Positions 9,370 to 18,324 of a stretch of 64,000 nucleotides of DNA are shown one piece after another. Source of the stretch: a bacterium (GTDB taxonomy: Bacteria > UBA8248); NCBI GenBank assembly GCA_965261085.1, contig OZ253442.1, positions 1,440,001 to 1,504,000 on the forward strand, read 5' to 3'. The notes beneath the pieces are model-generated. The model was not told where the DNA came from and searched no databases. It worked only from the letters and a program-made list of their open reading frames with translations. The position numbers were made by a program, and so were the translations under genes. Numbering within the stretch: the first letter of the stretch is position 1; every line of letters starts with the position of its first letter.

Positions 9370-10728
9370 TCACAGCACGAACAGTAGGTAGAGCAAAGCG
9401 AGGATGATCTGGACCAGGGCAAACGGAATTGCCGCCTTGACGAAGTCGACGAACGATAGTTTCAGCTCGTATTTGTGGATGATGGTGACCGCAACCAGCG
9501 TTGAGGCCGAACCGATCGGGGTGATGTTACCACCCAGATTGGCGCCGAAAATAAGCGACCACCAGAACGGCGACTCCGGGGATAGATCTATTCCGCCGAG
9601 GATTTTTGCCAACATCGCCGCGAGCGGGATGTTGTCGGTGACCGAACTTGCCACCGCCGCGGCAACCATCAGCGCGGGCGGTCCGGCGATATCATTCAAC
9701 GCCAGGATCGGTGTCAACAGGTCACCGATCAGCTCGAGCACCAGGGCGTGCTCCATCATGTTAATCACGATGAACAGGCCGCCGAAGAACGCGAGCAGAT
9801 CCCAGTCGATTGCCTGATAGAAGCGATCCGCGGTTGCCTTGTAGCGAACCAGCATGATCGCGGCGAACGCCAGCGCGACGTAGCCGAGGCCGAGCTCCTT
9901 GATGTAGGGCATGACCGAGGCACTTGCCATGGCGGCGATAAACAGCCCGGTCATCGCCGTGCCGAACCAGAAGAAGCCACGCGATTCAACGCCGTCGTTT
10001 TCGTCGAGGCCAGCGACCAACCCACGCGCTTCGGCCCGCGCCGCCTCACTCGCCAGCGGCCGGATATCGAACAGCCGAACCCCGAGCCAGATTGTTGCCG
10101 CTGTCGCGACCACCACATAGGGACTGGCTTTGAGGAAGAACGTGACGAAACTAATGCCAGCCGCGTTGCCAACGATGATGTTGGGGACCGAGGAGATCAG
10201 CGTTAGCAAGCCGCCGACGTTGGTCAGCAGCCCTTCGATCAGCAGAAAGCCAAGCAACTTATCCAGCCGCCCGAGCTTGCCGAGCGAAACTCCTGAAAGC
10301 GTGCCGACGATGATCATCGCGGTGACGTTGTTGAGCACGGCCGAGAACACCACGGTCATGACGCCGTAATAAATCAACAAGCGCAGGGGATCGCCGCCTG
10401 AGAGCTTGGTGAGGCGGATCGCCATCCAGGTGAAGAGACCGGATTTACTGGTGACGTCGACGAAGATCGACGAGCCGAGGATGATCGCGATGACCTCCCA
10501 ATCGACGCCGGGGATGTAAACAGGAAGCCGCACCGCGTGGCCGAGGATTTCTGCGGTCTCGGGGCGCACCAGCGCGAAGAACGCGGCCAGGAATAGCGCT
10601 GCAACGGCGAACAAACCAACGATCACCGACTTTTTGGCATGGATCTTCTCTTCGAACGCGAGGCACAGAATCATCGCCACCAGCATAACGGAAAAAATCG
10701 CGGTGACGTGGGTTGGAACGTGATGCAT
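9370..10728 (-). CDS. SLC13/ArsB/NhaD-type ion transporter permease
   Basis: Very hydrophobic; SAVLNNVT, GGLLTLISSVPNII, SSVTDNIPL, GANLGGNITPIGSAST. Confidence 0.88.
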   Translation of the reverse strand: MHHVPTHVTAIFSVMLVAMILCLAFEEKIHAKKSVIVGLFAVAALFLAAFFALVRPETAEILGHAVRLPVYIPGVDWEVIAIILGSSIFVDVTSKSGLFTWMAIRLTKLSGGDPLRLLIYYGVMTVVFSAVLNNVTAMIIVGTLSGVSLGKLGRLDKLLGFLLIEGLLTNVGGLLTLISSVPNIIVGNAAGISFVTFFLKASPYVVVATAATIWLGVRLFDIRPLASEAARAEARGLVAGLDENDGVESRGFFWFGTAMTGLFIAAMASASVMPYIKELGLGYVALAFAAIMLVRYKATADRFYQAIDWDLLAFFGGLFIVINMMEHALVLELIGDLLTPILALNDIAGPPALMVAAAVASSVTDNIPLAAMLAKILGGIDLSPESPFWWSLIFGANLGGNITPIGSASTLVAVTIIHKYELKLSFVDFVKAAIPFALVQIILALLYLLFVL

Positions 10729-10733
10729 GGCGG

Positions 10734-11591
10734 TCAGATCATCAACAGCGGGATTTGCCTGAGCTCTACCGCCAATGGGTAGGCCAGCCCATGCATGGCG
10801 AGTTGTTCCTCGTCTTTAGCGCGCATGACCAGCAGATCGACCTCATGCGACTCAATAAGCCGCCGGTACTCCGCTATGCGGCGGCCCATGACGACGATTT
10901 CTTCGATGGCGATGTCGAGCCCGGCCGTTTCGATGGCGGCGCGGCAGGAGCGGATATAGTCGTGCGGCTCCTTGAGGAGCTGAGCCTTGATGGTCTCCGT
11001 CGCGGTGTCGGTATCGATGAGCGGGATCTTCGAGATGATCTCGATGTAGCGCTCGAAATCCGCCGCGCGCTCAACATGGGTGAGCCAGCAGGTCCCGCCT
11101 GCGGCCGTGAAACCGAGCGCTTGGTCGACCAGGCGGGCGTCGCCTGCGAGGTGGTCGGTAATCGCCATGGCGACGTCGGTATTCCGAACGGTGTGTGGCA
11201 GGCTGCGGTCGGCCTCGGGATGCGGCAAGATCAGTATCGGCAGCTCGGTCGCTTGGGTTAAGACATCGACGTACTCACCGAGACTGTAGGGCCAATGCCA
11301 GGCGTTGGAATGAAGATGCCGATAGGTGACAACAAGATCCGGCTGGTGTGCTTCGACCTGCGCCAGCAGCGCCCGCACACTATCGAACGAATCACCGGCG
11401 AGCGACTGCCAAACGGTTTCTGCGCGGTCGATCACCGCAAGAAACTGGCGCACGGCGTCGGTAACTAGCGCGGCACCGTCGGCTGGCAAATCGGTTGCGA
11501 CCAACACGCGCTCGATGTTCAGCGGTGTATAGGCGTAGGTCTCCTTGGCCGCCGCCCGAAAGGTAGCTTCGAACTGATCGATCTTGGTCAT
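10734..11591 (-). CDS. Universal-stress-protein-like (tandem USP fold) protein, operonic with the transporter
   Basis: ERVLVATDL, PDLVVTYR, EVDLLVMRAK, IPLLMI; 5-bp gap to the permease. Confidence 0.65.
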   Translation of the reverse strand: MTKIDQFEATFRAAAKETYAYTPLNIERVLVATDLPADGAALVTDAVRQFLAVIDRAETVWQSLAGDSFDSVRALLAQVEAHQPDLVVTYRHLHSNAWHWPYSLGEYVDVLTQATELPILILPHPEADRSLPHTVRNTDVAMAITDHLAGDARLVDQALGFTAAGGTCWLTHVERAADFERYIEIISKIPLIDTDTATETIKAQLLKEPHDYIRSCRAAIETAGLDIAIEEIVVMGRRIAEYRRLIESHEVDLLVMRAKDEEQLAMHGLAYPLAVELRQIPLLMI

Positions 11592-11709
11592 CGCCGCCCT
11601 TGCCTTCCGCAACGTTGCTGGGGAACCGAACCCATTCTAGGCGTTGTTTCGATGCCGCGTTCGCCGCAAGTTGTTACGCGGTTGTAGGCGAACAAAATAA
11701 TTGCGAATT

Positions 11710-11813
11710 GAAATAAAAATAATTACGAATGCCCTGGAAAACCTCGCGATTTTCTAGCCGTTTTTTATCTTGAAAAGGCCGATTTTCGGACCGTTTGCAA
11801 TTATTTTTATTTC
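11710..11813. repeat. AT-rich inverted repeat pair
   Basis: GAAATAAAAATAATTACGAA (11710-11729) versus TTTGCAATTATTTTTATTTC (11794-11813), 18/20 complementary. Confidence 0.65.
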
Positions 11814-11941
11814 CCCACAATGAGTCGCGCCGAGGCGTTTGTCAATTCTGGTATTTTGCCGTATGGCAATCTGCCATAGGCAGGGCTATGTTTCAGATAG
11901 TACCCTATAGTTGAGGGCCCCAGAAGAGGGATAATTCATTG

Positions 11942-12455
11942 ATGACCAACAAAAAGAAGAAGAACCGTGACGTGCACTACGAGCCAGGTTCCATGATCTT
12001 CCACGCGAAGTCATTGCGGTGTGTTGTGAAGGAATAGCAAAGGAACGGGTCTGAATCTCCCCAGTCGGACCTATTGCTTTTCTTCGGGACGGGCTTGGCG
12101 AAACCGATCTTATTGTCGCTGGCGACGGAAGTCGCGTTGAAGGCGTGGCAGTGTCGAGAACAGAACGGAAAGCCTATGCACTGTCATGACTTGCTGAAGC
12201 TGTTCGATGGCTTAGAATCGGGTACACAAGATCTACTAGCACAGGGGCTGGCAGGCCTAGAACACCTACTTTTCCCGCAGATTCTCGAACAATCGATGCC
12301 CGCGGGCAGATACCGTTTTGCGCGCGATCCTGAGGCACCACAGTAACTCTTTCACGCACTGGAGGTACTTGTACGAAGACCACAGGGGCACGTTTGCCAC
12401 AGCTGCATTCGACTTGGCACTCACCGTAATAATAGACGCCTACGACAAAAGGTAG
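11942..12455 (+). pseudogene. HEPN-like protein pseudogene
   Basis: LLSLATEVALKA, HDLLKLF, FTHWRYLYE; in-frame TAG at 12035 and a frameshift near 12300. Confidence 0.6.
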
Positions 12456-12542
12456 GGAGATTCAGCCTAAAGCTCGGACTCTGAACAGACGGCCAGTTGC
12501 CGCTCCGGCTACATTCGAGGAGAGGCCGGCCTCGAACCCAGT

Positions 12543-13730
12543 TTAGGAAGCCAATTGAGGGTCCGGCTCGAAGGTCAGCTCCGGCACGATCACTTCCCAG
12601 GCATCGCATTTCATGCCGTCACGATACTCCGGCTTCAATGCCTCGCGGTTCCATCCCACGACGGCCAGAACCGTGACGGACCGGCACCGTGCTCCGGCCG
12701 GTGGCCTGAAGCTTTTGGCGAGACGTCCAACCAGCATGCCTTCCGGGTTCAGCAGTTCCCAGCGCCCGGCGTTCACAACTCGTGTCTGTAGGGGATCGCC
12801 GGGAGACAGCGCGGCGATGGCACGATGCACCGGTCGATGGATGCCCTGTCGGCCCGCAAAACCGAGATCCACTTCTTCAAGGCTCGGACGGATAAAGCGG
12901 TATTTAAGCGCTGCGGCCGTGGGCGGAAGCTCACTTGGTTCGCGATGCACAACACAGGGTTTGTCGAGCAACACATTTTGCAACGGTTGAGGCCCCTCGA
13001 AGCGCGTGAGCGCAAGGGTCTTCTGAGCGCGCGTCATGGCCACGTAATACAGCCGTCGCGGCGCATCCGGGTCCTCGCCGTGTCCGACGCGGTTCCAGCC
13101 GCCGTCCAGCACGACCACATGGTCGAACTCGAGACCCTTGGCGCGGTGCGCGGTCATCAGCAGTAGTCCGCCGCTGGCGCCGGCGTATGTCGCGGCCCCA
13201 CTCCGCCAACCATTCGATGAAGTGGTTCACGGGGGTTTCCGCGCCACCGGTCTCCAGGGCACGCTCCTCGATGGCTTGCCGCAGTAACTCGTTCCAGGGG
13301 TTGGACGCGCATGCATCCGCCCAGCCGCGCAGGACGGCGGCGTCGACGACGCGGGGCTCCCGGCTGCGCAGCCATTCGATGAATACGCGGGTCTCGCGCA
13401 GGCGCCAGAAGCCGGGTATTTCCTCGTTCCCCATTTGCGCCGGAATATCGTGTAACTCGCAGAACGCACGCACTGGAACCAGATACTCCCACTCCCGCGC
13501 GATCACGGCGCAGCGTGACCAGTCCCAATCGGGCGACAGGTTCTTAAGGCGTAGCAGTTCCGCTATGGCGGTTCGCGCCTGCGAGACCGGATCGCGCCCC
13601 GCCGGTAGTATCTGCACCCGCCCTTGCGAGATCGGGTCCAGCTTCTGCCACGCTCCGCCCGGCTGGTCCTTCGCGCGCGCCCGGTCGATATGGATGGGAT
13701 GCTCCGCCTTCATCCGCTCCCGCGCCGGCG
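12543..13730 (-). pseudogene. C-terminal fragment of a large RecQ/UvrD-type helicase, frameshifted
   Basis: CAVIAREW, MTAHRAKGLEFDHV, RRLYYVAMTRA (UvrD_C motifs V/VI); frameshift near 13170; no N-terminus. Confidence 0.85.
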
Positions 13731-13813
13731 GGTTTCCCGGATGCCGACGCGAAGCCGGAGTTCGGGGCCGCATGCAAAAGTCGGTATCGAAAATGACCGA
13801 TACCCCGGGCTCC

Positions 13814-13931
13814 GGGGATTTCACATGAGGACCCATGGGGCGGCGTGCATGCGGAATACACCGTTCTGGTTACCGAGACGGGCATGGCGCACCTGGGCGA
13901 GCCCACCCGCGAGCACGTCGTCATCGAATGA
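13814..13931 (+). pseudogene. Possible C-terminal remnant of an M24 (Xaa-Pro) peptidase
   Basis: Manual translation ...PWGGVHAEYTVLVTETGMAHLGEPTREHVVIE-stop resembles the M24 C-terminal GGxxxExxVxVTxxG pattern. Confidence 0.35.
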
Positions 13932-14195
13932 TTCTATAACCATCGAATAATCAACTACTTAAAAAACTTCTTCGCTAACCCCTGGGCGCGCAAATCGCCT
14001 ATTTACTTATCATTTAATTATCGAAAAACCCCGTGAATTTATCGATATTTTCAGAAATTCCTTATTCTCAAACGCGGCGATGCGCTTCGCAATCATACAC
14101 GTGCGCGTCTTGAGTCCGATGACGGCAAATGCGGGCAATTGCGCGCGGGCGTTTTTTGCTCTTACTCCCCCGCTCGTCTCGGGTAAACGCTCCCC

Positions 14196-14867
14196 CTAGG
14201 GTTCCGGATGCTCTTTGTCATGGATGCGGGGGTAGGCGACTTGTCCCCATACTTGCGATTCGGGGTTGGCGTCGATCTCGGCCTTCATGACTTCGAGAAT
14301 CACCGGAACGACGTCGGCCATGATGCGCACGCCGCCCCTGAGTTGGTTGCGGCCCCATCCCTCGGCGAACGTCATGCCCCCGTGGAAGACCTGGTTGCGC
14401 AATTCATACAGCCGCCGGAAGATTTCGCTGAAAACGACGTGCACGTTTCTCTCCTCCAGGGCGCTTCTTATTCTGTCTCTGTTGGATTCGAACCCTTTGC
14501 GCCAGTTATAGGTCCTCGAGGGGTCCCGCACCCACCGCCAGAAGAGTTTGAACAGGTACTGATTCTCCAGCAGAACCCGAGTCGGCCCGGAATACGTTTC
14601 CCAGAGAATGGCTTCTATTTCTCTTTCTTCGTCACGTTCGATGACTTCGCGCAGGAAATTCTTGATCTGCTGGTTCTCGGAGGGGTGGTGTTCATCGATG
14701 CCGGTCGACTCGGCTCCGTAGGCGGCGTTGAAGGCGATCCATAAAAAAATGAACCTCTCCTCGTCGATCCGGGCCCTTTTGCTCCGTTCGAGCCAGCTGA
14801 AGGCTCGCCGCATCCGGTGTTCGTTGTGTTTTCTTTGTTGTAGAAATCCGTCGCTTCGGGTCATCAT
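14196..14867 (-). CDS. HEPN-domain protein (Apea/RiboL-PSP-like), putative RNase
   Basis: FIFLWIAFNAAYG and the RxxxxH motif LRNQVFHGG; start ATG at 14867 after GAGAGG. Confidence 0.82.
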   Translation of the reverse strand: MMTRSDGFLQQRKHNEHRMRRAFSWLERSKRARIDEERFIFLWIAFNAAYGAESTGIDEHHPSENQQIKNFLREVIERDEEREIEAILWETYSGPTRVLLENQYLFKLFWRWVRDPSRTYNWRKGFESNRDRIRSALEERNVHVVFSEIFRRLYELRNQVFHGGMTFAEGWGRNQLRGGVRIMADVVPVILEVMKAEIDANPESQVWGQVAYPRIHDKEHPEP

Positions 14868-14885
14868 CGGACCTCTCGCCGCCCT

Positions 14886-14997
14886 CTCGGCGCGAGATGA
14901 TGAAAGCGAACTCCCCGGTTTCGCCGACGCGGAAAAACCTTGGCATCTCCGCGTCGGCGAGGGAGCTTCTCGTTTCCGTTTCTCTGTTCGAGCCGAG
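14886..14997 (-). ncRNA. Long hairpin 5' leader / candidate ncRNA upstream of the HEPN gene
   Basis: Perfect 13-bp stem 14921-14933/14948-14960 extended by CTCCC/GGGAG and CTCGGC/GCCGAG. Confidence 0.5.
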
Positions 14998-15008
14998 TCC
15001 TCTAATTT

Positions 15009-15037
15009 TTTATAGGTTTTTGCTCTTCGGAATTCAA
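15009..15037 (-). promoter_or_regulatory. sigma70-like promoter for the hairpin-HEPN transcript
   Basis: Minus strand TTGAAT-N17-TATAAA with an AT-rich upstream region. Confidence 0.6.
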
Positions 15038-15115
15038 TAAAATTCAACCATCTTTATCAAAATATTATATTTCATGTCCAGGAGGCGTTTTTCGCGCATC
15101 CGCGAACGCCCATTG

Positions 15116-15142
15116 CTTGCCCCATCCAACCGGATGCGCGAT
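15116..15142 (+). repeat. Direct repeat R1 (promoter copy)
   Basis: CTTGCCCCATCCAACCGGATGCGCGAT is identical to 15745-15771 and similar to ~16888-16914. Confidence 0.9.
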
Positions 15143-15163
15143 GGTCGGCGTCTTCTCAGGTGC

Positions 15164-15229
15164 ATGCAGGCCTGCTGCGGCATCGACGTGCTGCGCATCG
15201 CTCCTCGGGGTCAGGCTTATAGGCGATAG
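15164..15229 (+). pseudogene. C-terminal remnant of a RelE/ParE toxin
   Basis: ...IDVLRIAPRGQAYRR-stop directly before the Xre antitoxin SD; matches the typical RelE C-terminal IxPRxxxY pattern. Confidence 0.55.
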
Positions 15230-15238
15230 GAGGACGGC

Positions 15239-15610
15239 ATGAACAAGACGCAAGTCATTTTTGACGACCTCGGCCAACCGGCGTTCGCCGTCATCCCGTG
15301 GCGTGAGTATGAGCGTCTCTCGAACGGGGACGCCGAGTCGCTCTTGAGCGATGAGGAGCTTTATGATCGCGCCGGAGCGGAAGGAGGCGAGTCCTTTCCC
15401 GCCCTAGTCGCGGATCGTCTCCTGGCCGGTGAAAACCCCATCGGCGTATACCGCAACCATCGCGGCCTGAAGCAGGGCGAGTTGGCCGCCGCAGCCGGCA
15501 TCCACCCGGTCTACCTCTCTCAAATCGAGACGGGAAAGCGCTCGGGCTCCACAAGAACGCTGGCCGCCATCGCCAAGGCGCTCGGCGTAACCGTGGACGA
15601 CCTGATCTAG
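15239..15610 (+). CDS. Xre-family HTH protein (antitoxin-like)
   Basis: PAFAVIPWREYERL N-terminus; LKQGELAAAAGIHPVYLSQIETGKRSGS HTH_3; SD AGGAGG. Confidence 0.9.
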   Translation: MNKTQVIFDDLGQPAFAVIPWREYERLSNGDAESLLSDEELYDRAGAEGGESFPALVADRLLAGENPIGVYRNHRGLKQGELAAAAGIHPVYLSQIETGKRSGSTRTLAAIAKALGVTVDDLI

Positions 15611-15718
15611 GGGGAGTGAACCCCACAGGTGGACGATCGTGAGCGCCCCACATTTCTCATCACGCATCCCGTAGGTGGGTGTTCGTGAACGCCCCCATGT
15701 TCGTGAACAACCCTCACA
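15611..15718. repeat. Degenerate REP-like palindromic cluster
   Basis: GTAGGTGGGTGTTCGTGAACGCCC, TGTTCGTGAACA and GTGGACGATCGTGAGCGCCCCAC share a TCGTGA core; one copy has a GTAG foot. Confidence 0.45.
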
Positions 15719-15954
15719 CCCCCACGCCACTTCCGCTGACTGAACTTGCCCCATCCAACCGGATGCGCGATATTCCACGCTTTGCGATATGAACATGTGG
15801 ACGCTGTTTTCGGGAAATCAAACCCGCCCATGCGGCGGGTGCTCATTCAAGGGAAAGGACGAGAGCGATGACGTATTTCTACAAAACGGACGATATGGAA
15901 AAAAACCTGGCGGGCGCGGCCTACAGCTCGGTGGCGGGCTCGTGGGTGACGGGC
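15716..15954 (+). repeat. Direct repeat R2: duplicated promoter, 5' UTR and first 29 codons of the cupin gene
   Basis: Aligns with ~16859-17097 (offset 1143), including AAGGGAAAGGACGAGAGCG-ATG ACG TAT TTC TAC. Confidence 0.93.
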
Positions 15955-16005
15955 CTCAACGAAACCTATAGCCTTTCCTTGGTTCCGGCAAGAACGACGA
16001 TATGA
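15868..16005 (+). pseudogene. Truncated cupin copy (45-aa leader ORF) whose stop overlaps the DUF3800 start
   Basis: MTYFYKTDDMEKNLAGAAYSSVAGSWVTGLNETYSLSLVPARTTI-stop; ATGA at 16002-16005. Confidence 0.75.
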
Positions 16006-16649
16006 CCCGTTGCTCCTACATCTTTCTTGACGAGGCGGGCAATCTCGACTTCAGCGCCAACGGAACACGCTACTTCGTGCTGACGAGCATCAGCATGCGC
16101 CGACCGTTTCCGGTATACGAGGCGCTTAACGACTACAAGCATGATTGTCTCGAATACGGCTTGGACATGGAGTATTTCCACTGCGTCGCCGACAACAATC
16201 ACGTTCGCAAGGGTGTGTTCGACCTGATCGCCGCTCACCTTGGTGGTATGCGTCATATGAGTATCGATTCCCTGGTGGTTGAGAAGCGCAAGACCGGCCC
16301 AGCGTTGCGGGAGGACATGCGCTTCTACCCGGAGATGCTGGGTCATCTACTGAAATTCGTGTTGCCCAAGGAGTTGGATGCGGGCGCCGAAGAGGTCATC
16401 GTGATCACCGATAAACTTCCGGTGAACAGGAAACGGCAAGCCGTCGAAAAGGGCACTCGCCTTGCGTTGGCCGAGATGTTACCACAGGGAATGAGGTATC
16501 GCATTCTGCACCACGCATCGCGGTCGCATTACGGGCTACAGGTGGCGGACTACTGCTGCTGGGCGGTATTTCGGAAATGGAATAGAAATAAGACGCACTA
16601 CTACGACCTCATCAAGCAAGCAGTTCGCAGCGAGTTCGATATTTTTTAA
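16002..16649 (+). CDS. DUF3800 family protein
   Basis: YIFLDEAGNLDF...YFVL, FH, IVITD, GLQVADYCCWA motifs. Confidence 0.88.
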   Translation: MTRCSYIFLDEAGNLDFSANGTRYFVLTSISMRRPFPVYEALNDYKHDCLEYGLDMEYFHCVADNNHVRKGVFDLIAAHLGGMRHMSIDSLVVEKRKTGPALREDMRFYPEMLGHLLKFVLPKELDAGAEEVIVITDKLPVNRKRQAVEKGTRLALAEMLPQGMRYRILHHASRSHYGLQVADYCCWAVFRKWNRNKTHYYDLIKQAVRSEFDIF

Positions 16650-16684
16650 AATGGAATCAGGTATTACTATTGACAACCGAGGTC

Positions 16685-16777
16685 ATAAAAAGTGACCTCC
16701 CCGACTACTCCGTCTTCCGTCGCCGGAGGCTGGAGAGAACCCCTTGGGTTCTTGTCATCGGGGAGGGACCTTTTTAT
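16685..16777 (+). ncRNA. DUF3800-associated structured RNA candidate (three-way junction)
   Basis: P1 ATAAAAAG/CTTTTTAT plus CCTCCCCGA/TCGGGGAGG; P2 CTCC-GTCTTCCG-TCGC-CGGAGGC-TGGAG; P3 AGAACCC-CTT-GGGTTCT. Confidence 0.7.
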
Positions 16778-17010
16778 CTTTACCAGATATAAACTTTCAA
16801 AATTTAATATAGTCCCTTCGGCTTCGGAATGCAACTAGCGGCGCGTTTTGCCCCCACCCCACCCCCACGGCGGTTTCCTGCCCCGACCTTGCCCGATTCA
16901 TGCGGATGCGCGATATTTCCCGTCTTGCGATATGAATATGTGGACGCTGTTTTCGGGAAAACGAAACCGCATAGGCGGCGGATAATCATTCAAGGGAAAG
17001 GACGAGAGCG

Positions 17011-17727
17011 ATGACGTATTTCTACAAGACGGACGATATGGAAAAAAACCTGGCGGGCGCGGCTTACAGCTCGGCGGCGGGCGCGTGGGTGACGGGCGAG
17101 CGGCTCATATTCGGGAAAATGCGTATGCCCGCCGGCACGCGCTCAAGCGCGCACGCCCATGCGAACGAGCAGTTCGGCTATTGCCTGGCCGGCAGCACCC
17201 GCCTGAACATCGAGGGGGACGAGCGAATCTTGACGCCCGGCCACATGGCCTACAGGCCCGCGAACGCCGTGCACGCGGCCGAGGTGCTGGGCGATACGGA
17301 TTATGAGTTTATCGTGGCGAAAGATACGGCGACGAGCATTGCGGGCACGCCCACGGAGATGACGCAAACCGCCGAGCACGTCCCTTATTTCTACGATACC
17401 GAGGCGATGGAAAAAGGCCTGGCGGGCGAGGCCTACAGCCCGACCGAGGGGGCCTGGGTGACGGGCGAGCGAATCATTTTTGGGAAAATGCGCATCCCCG
17501 CGGGCGGGGTGGCCGAGCTCCACTCTCACCCCAACGAGCAGTTCGCCATCGTCCTGGCCGGGACTTGCCGCATGACGATTGGCGGCGAGACCGGGACGAT
17601 CACCGCCGGCGACATCGCCCACATTCCCGCCGACATCGTCCACTCCGCCGAAATCCTGGGCGATGAGGACTACGTCTTCGTGACGGCGAAAGACACCTCC
17701 TGGGGCATTCAGGGGATTAAGGCGTAG
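17011..17727 (+). CDS. Tandem cupin-domain protein
   Basis: Two internal repeats with HAHANEQ...H and HSHPNEQ...H metal-binding motifs. Confidence 0.9.
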   Translation: MTYFYKTDDMEKNLAGAAYSSAAGAWVTGERLIFGKMRMPAGTRSSAHAHANEQFGYCLAGSTRLNIEGDERILTPGHMAYRPANAVHAAEVLGDTDYEFIVAKDTATSIAGTPTEMTQTAEHVPYFYDTEAMEKGLAGEAYSPTEGAWVTGERIIFGKMRIPAGGVAELHSHPNEQFAIVLAGTCRMTIGGETGTITAGDIAHIPADIVHSAEILGDEDYVFVTAKDTSWGIQGIKA

Positions 17728-17740
17728 GGGGGGGATACAA

Positions 17741-18025
17741 CTACGCCACGACCCGCTCGACCTTGATCTCATCTGCGCGTTTCATCGCCTGGGCGAAGTC
17801 GTAGGCCGTCTGTAGGCGATACCACACCTCGGCTCCCCCGCCGAAGGCTTTATCCAGGCGAATCGCCATCTCGGGCGAGATGCCAGAATGCCCGTTGACG
17901 AGGCTGGATAGCTGCTTGCGGCTCACGCCGAGCCTCCGCGAGGCCTCGGTTACGCTCAATCCCAGCGGCTCCAGGCAATCGTAACGAACGGAAAGACCCG
18001 GATGGGGCGGGCTCTTCATGGGCAT
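17741..18025 (-). CDS. higA: HigA family antitoxin
   Basis: [30 protein letters not shown]. Confidence 0.93.
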   Translation of the reverse strand: MPMKSPPHPGLSVRYDCLEPLGLSVTEASRRLGVSRKQLSSLVNGHSGISPEMAIRLDKAFGGGAEVWYRLQTAYDFAQAMKRADEIKVERVVA

Positions 18026-18039
18026 GTCATGGTCCTCCT

Positions 18040-18318
18040 CTAGTGATAATCCGTTAAATCCACATCAGTGACGTGTTCGCCCTCGTAACGAAACACGATC
18101 CTCCAGTTGCGGGAGACACTTACAGCCCAGAACCCGGCGAGTTCTCCTCTTAAAGGATGCAACCGAAAACCCGGCAAATTCATGTGCGCGGGTATTATAG
18201 CCCGGTCAAGACGGGCGAGAATCCGCTCGATTTTGTCGACATGCTCTGATGGCACCCGACGCCGATTTCCCCTCTCGTATAGAAACTGAAGCCCTTTGTG
18301 TCGAAAGTGGATAATCAT
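18040..18318 (-). CDS. higB: HigB (RelE/ParE killer-like) toxin
   Basis: [35 protein letters not shown]-terminus; upstream of higA. Confidence 0.93.
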   Translation of the reverse strand: MIIHFRHKGLQFLYERGNRRRVPSEHVDKIERILARLDRAIIPAHMNLPGFRLHPLRGELAGFWAVSVSRNWRIVFRYEGEHVTDVDLTDYH

Positions 18319-18324
18319 GCCTAA

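Noticed and set aside
15611-15718. Short repeats as a CRISPR array
   Set aside because: Degenerate, irregular spacing, no unique spacers of constant length and no cas genes; better explained as REP-like palindromes.
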